From: Lama glama
Taxonomy: Eukaryota
Length of the DNA stretch: 64,000 nt
Assembly: GCA_028534125.1 (NCBI GenBank)
Contig: CM052817.1
Location: 61,320,001 to 61,384,000 of the forward strand
Direction of reading: 5' to 3'
Shown here: piece after piece, positions 62,900 to 64,000 of the stretch
Layout: each line of letters starts with the position of its first letter
Position numbering within the stretch: the first letter of the stretch is position 1
Position numbers and translations under genes: made by a program
The notes under the pieces: model-generated
Told to the model about the DNA's origin: nothing
Seen by the model: the letters and a program-made list of their open reading frames with translations, nothing else
Database searches by the model: none

Positions 62900-63350
62900 T
62901 CATTCATTGACTTATTTACTTCCTCCACAGTGTTTATTGAACATTGTTACATGTGAGGCACTGTCCTAGGCACTAGGGATACAGTGTTGTGAATAAAACA
63001 GAGCCTGTGCTCTCCCAGACCTGTGCTTTAGGGAAGTGAAGAAGAGACAATAAATAAATAAAAATAGTTGGTGATAAGTAGTAGGGGGCAAAAACAAAGA
63101 CATATAGGGAAGGGGAGTGGTCGTTGAACAGGGGTTACTGATTTATAGAAGGTGAGCAAAAAGACCTCATAGATAAGGTGACATTGAACAGAGGCTGGAG
63201 TGAAGTGGGAAGAAGAACATTTTGGGCAAAAGGTGAAGACCCTGAGATGAACGTTTGCTTGGCACATTTCAGAGACAGCAAGACTCCAGTGGGAGGAGTA
63301 GGCTGAGAGGGAGAGGAGTGGGAGATGATTTCAGAGAGTTGAGGGTAGGT
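62900..63350 (-). mobile_element. LINE-2 3' fragment
   Basis: tttattgaacattgttacatgtgaggcactgtcctaggcactagggatacagtg...aaggtgacattgaacagagg. Confidence 0.75.
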
Positions 63351-64000
63351 ATTTCCTAAGATGAGTTGTAATAAAATCTACAGCAGGTTAGTTGATAGGA
63401 TGGAGGCATTTTGCCTTTAGATTGAAATGAGACCTTGTCAACAAAGTGAGAGTTTGGTTTGATTTGATCTGGTTTGTTTTTGGAACACAGTACGCAGTAC
63501 TGTGGTGCACAGCAAATATTTTCTCTGAAGTCTGAGAAGTCTGCTGATAGAAGTGTTATTTTATTCAGGACTGATACTAATTTTCAATAGTATTTGGGGT
63601 TTAAAAGGCTGTAAACATTGGCATTTGTATCCTTAGTGCTGTTGTTTTTATGTAGGAAGAGTAATTAATTATAAATGAGAAATCGGGTCAGATTTAATAT
63701 GTAGTGAAAGTAACTTTCGTGGAGTGGTGACTACTCATTCATTTCATTGCCATCACCCTTACAAGAATATTTACTTTGAAAGATAAGGTAAAACAAAAAA
63801 TTATTTTTGTCTTTTCTCCAAGATTTTGGTTTTACCCTTATTTTTCAGCTTCATAATGGAGATTGAGAAATTTTAGTATCTGTTGGGTAATCATTAAAGT
63901 AACATGCAGATTTTTAAAGACATATTAGTCTGTAAAATGATTCAGTCTATTTAGGGATTTGTCAAGTAGTATTTGAAATCACCTTTTAAGTTTTACTTTT

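Larger units (their letters stand above)
48560..64000 (+). other. PDLIM5: PDLIM5 intron 2 (partial; runs past the window end)
   Basis: GTAAGC donor. No ORF continuing the PDZ domain (expected to begin LKDGGKA...) was seen downstream. The region is repeat-rich. Confidence 0.8.

Noticed and set aside
1..64000. CRISPR array, prokaryotic or viral system, or other novel multi-gene system
   Set aside because: No regularly spaced repeats, operon-like ORFs, intact retroviral genes or long unexplained ORFs. The content is explained by one mammalian gene start plus ordinary interspersed repeats.

Overview
AT-rich placental mammal genomic DNA. It is most likely camelid, judged from four tRNA-Ala-derived Vic-1-like SINEs and the apparent absence of Alu, B1, Bov-A/BovB, PRE-1, Can-SINE and ERE elements. 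The only gene I can support is the 5' end of PDLIM5 (ENH) on the + strand. It has a CpG-island promoter (~44780-45580), a non-coding exon 1 ending at 45122, a 3.3-kb intron 1, and exon 2 (48422-48559) with the ATG at 48464 encoding the first 32 aa of the PDZ domain. A long intron 2 then runs off the window. The upstream ~44.7 kb is intergenic and filled with L1, L2, MIR, MLT/ERVL LTR and hAT-Charlie remnants, and it contains one 100-N assembly gap. I see no evidence of a novel biological system. The best leads are regulatory: a consensus MEF2 site ~350 bp upstream of exon 1, a consensus CArG box in intron 1, a strong CTCF motif at 13340 with a possible convergent partner at 50611, and a steroid-response-element-like palindrome in intron 2. 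Several transposon structures are also informative (nested hAT insertion, internally deleted L1s, unusual target-site duplications). Repeat family names come from recalled consensus sequences, and repeat boundaries are approximate unless TSDs are given.
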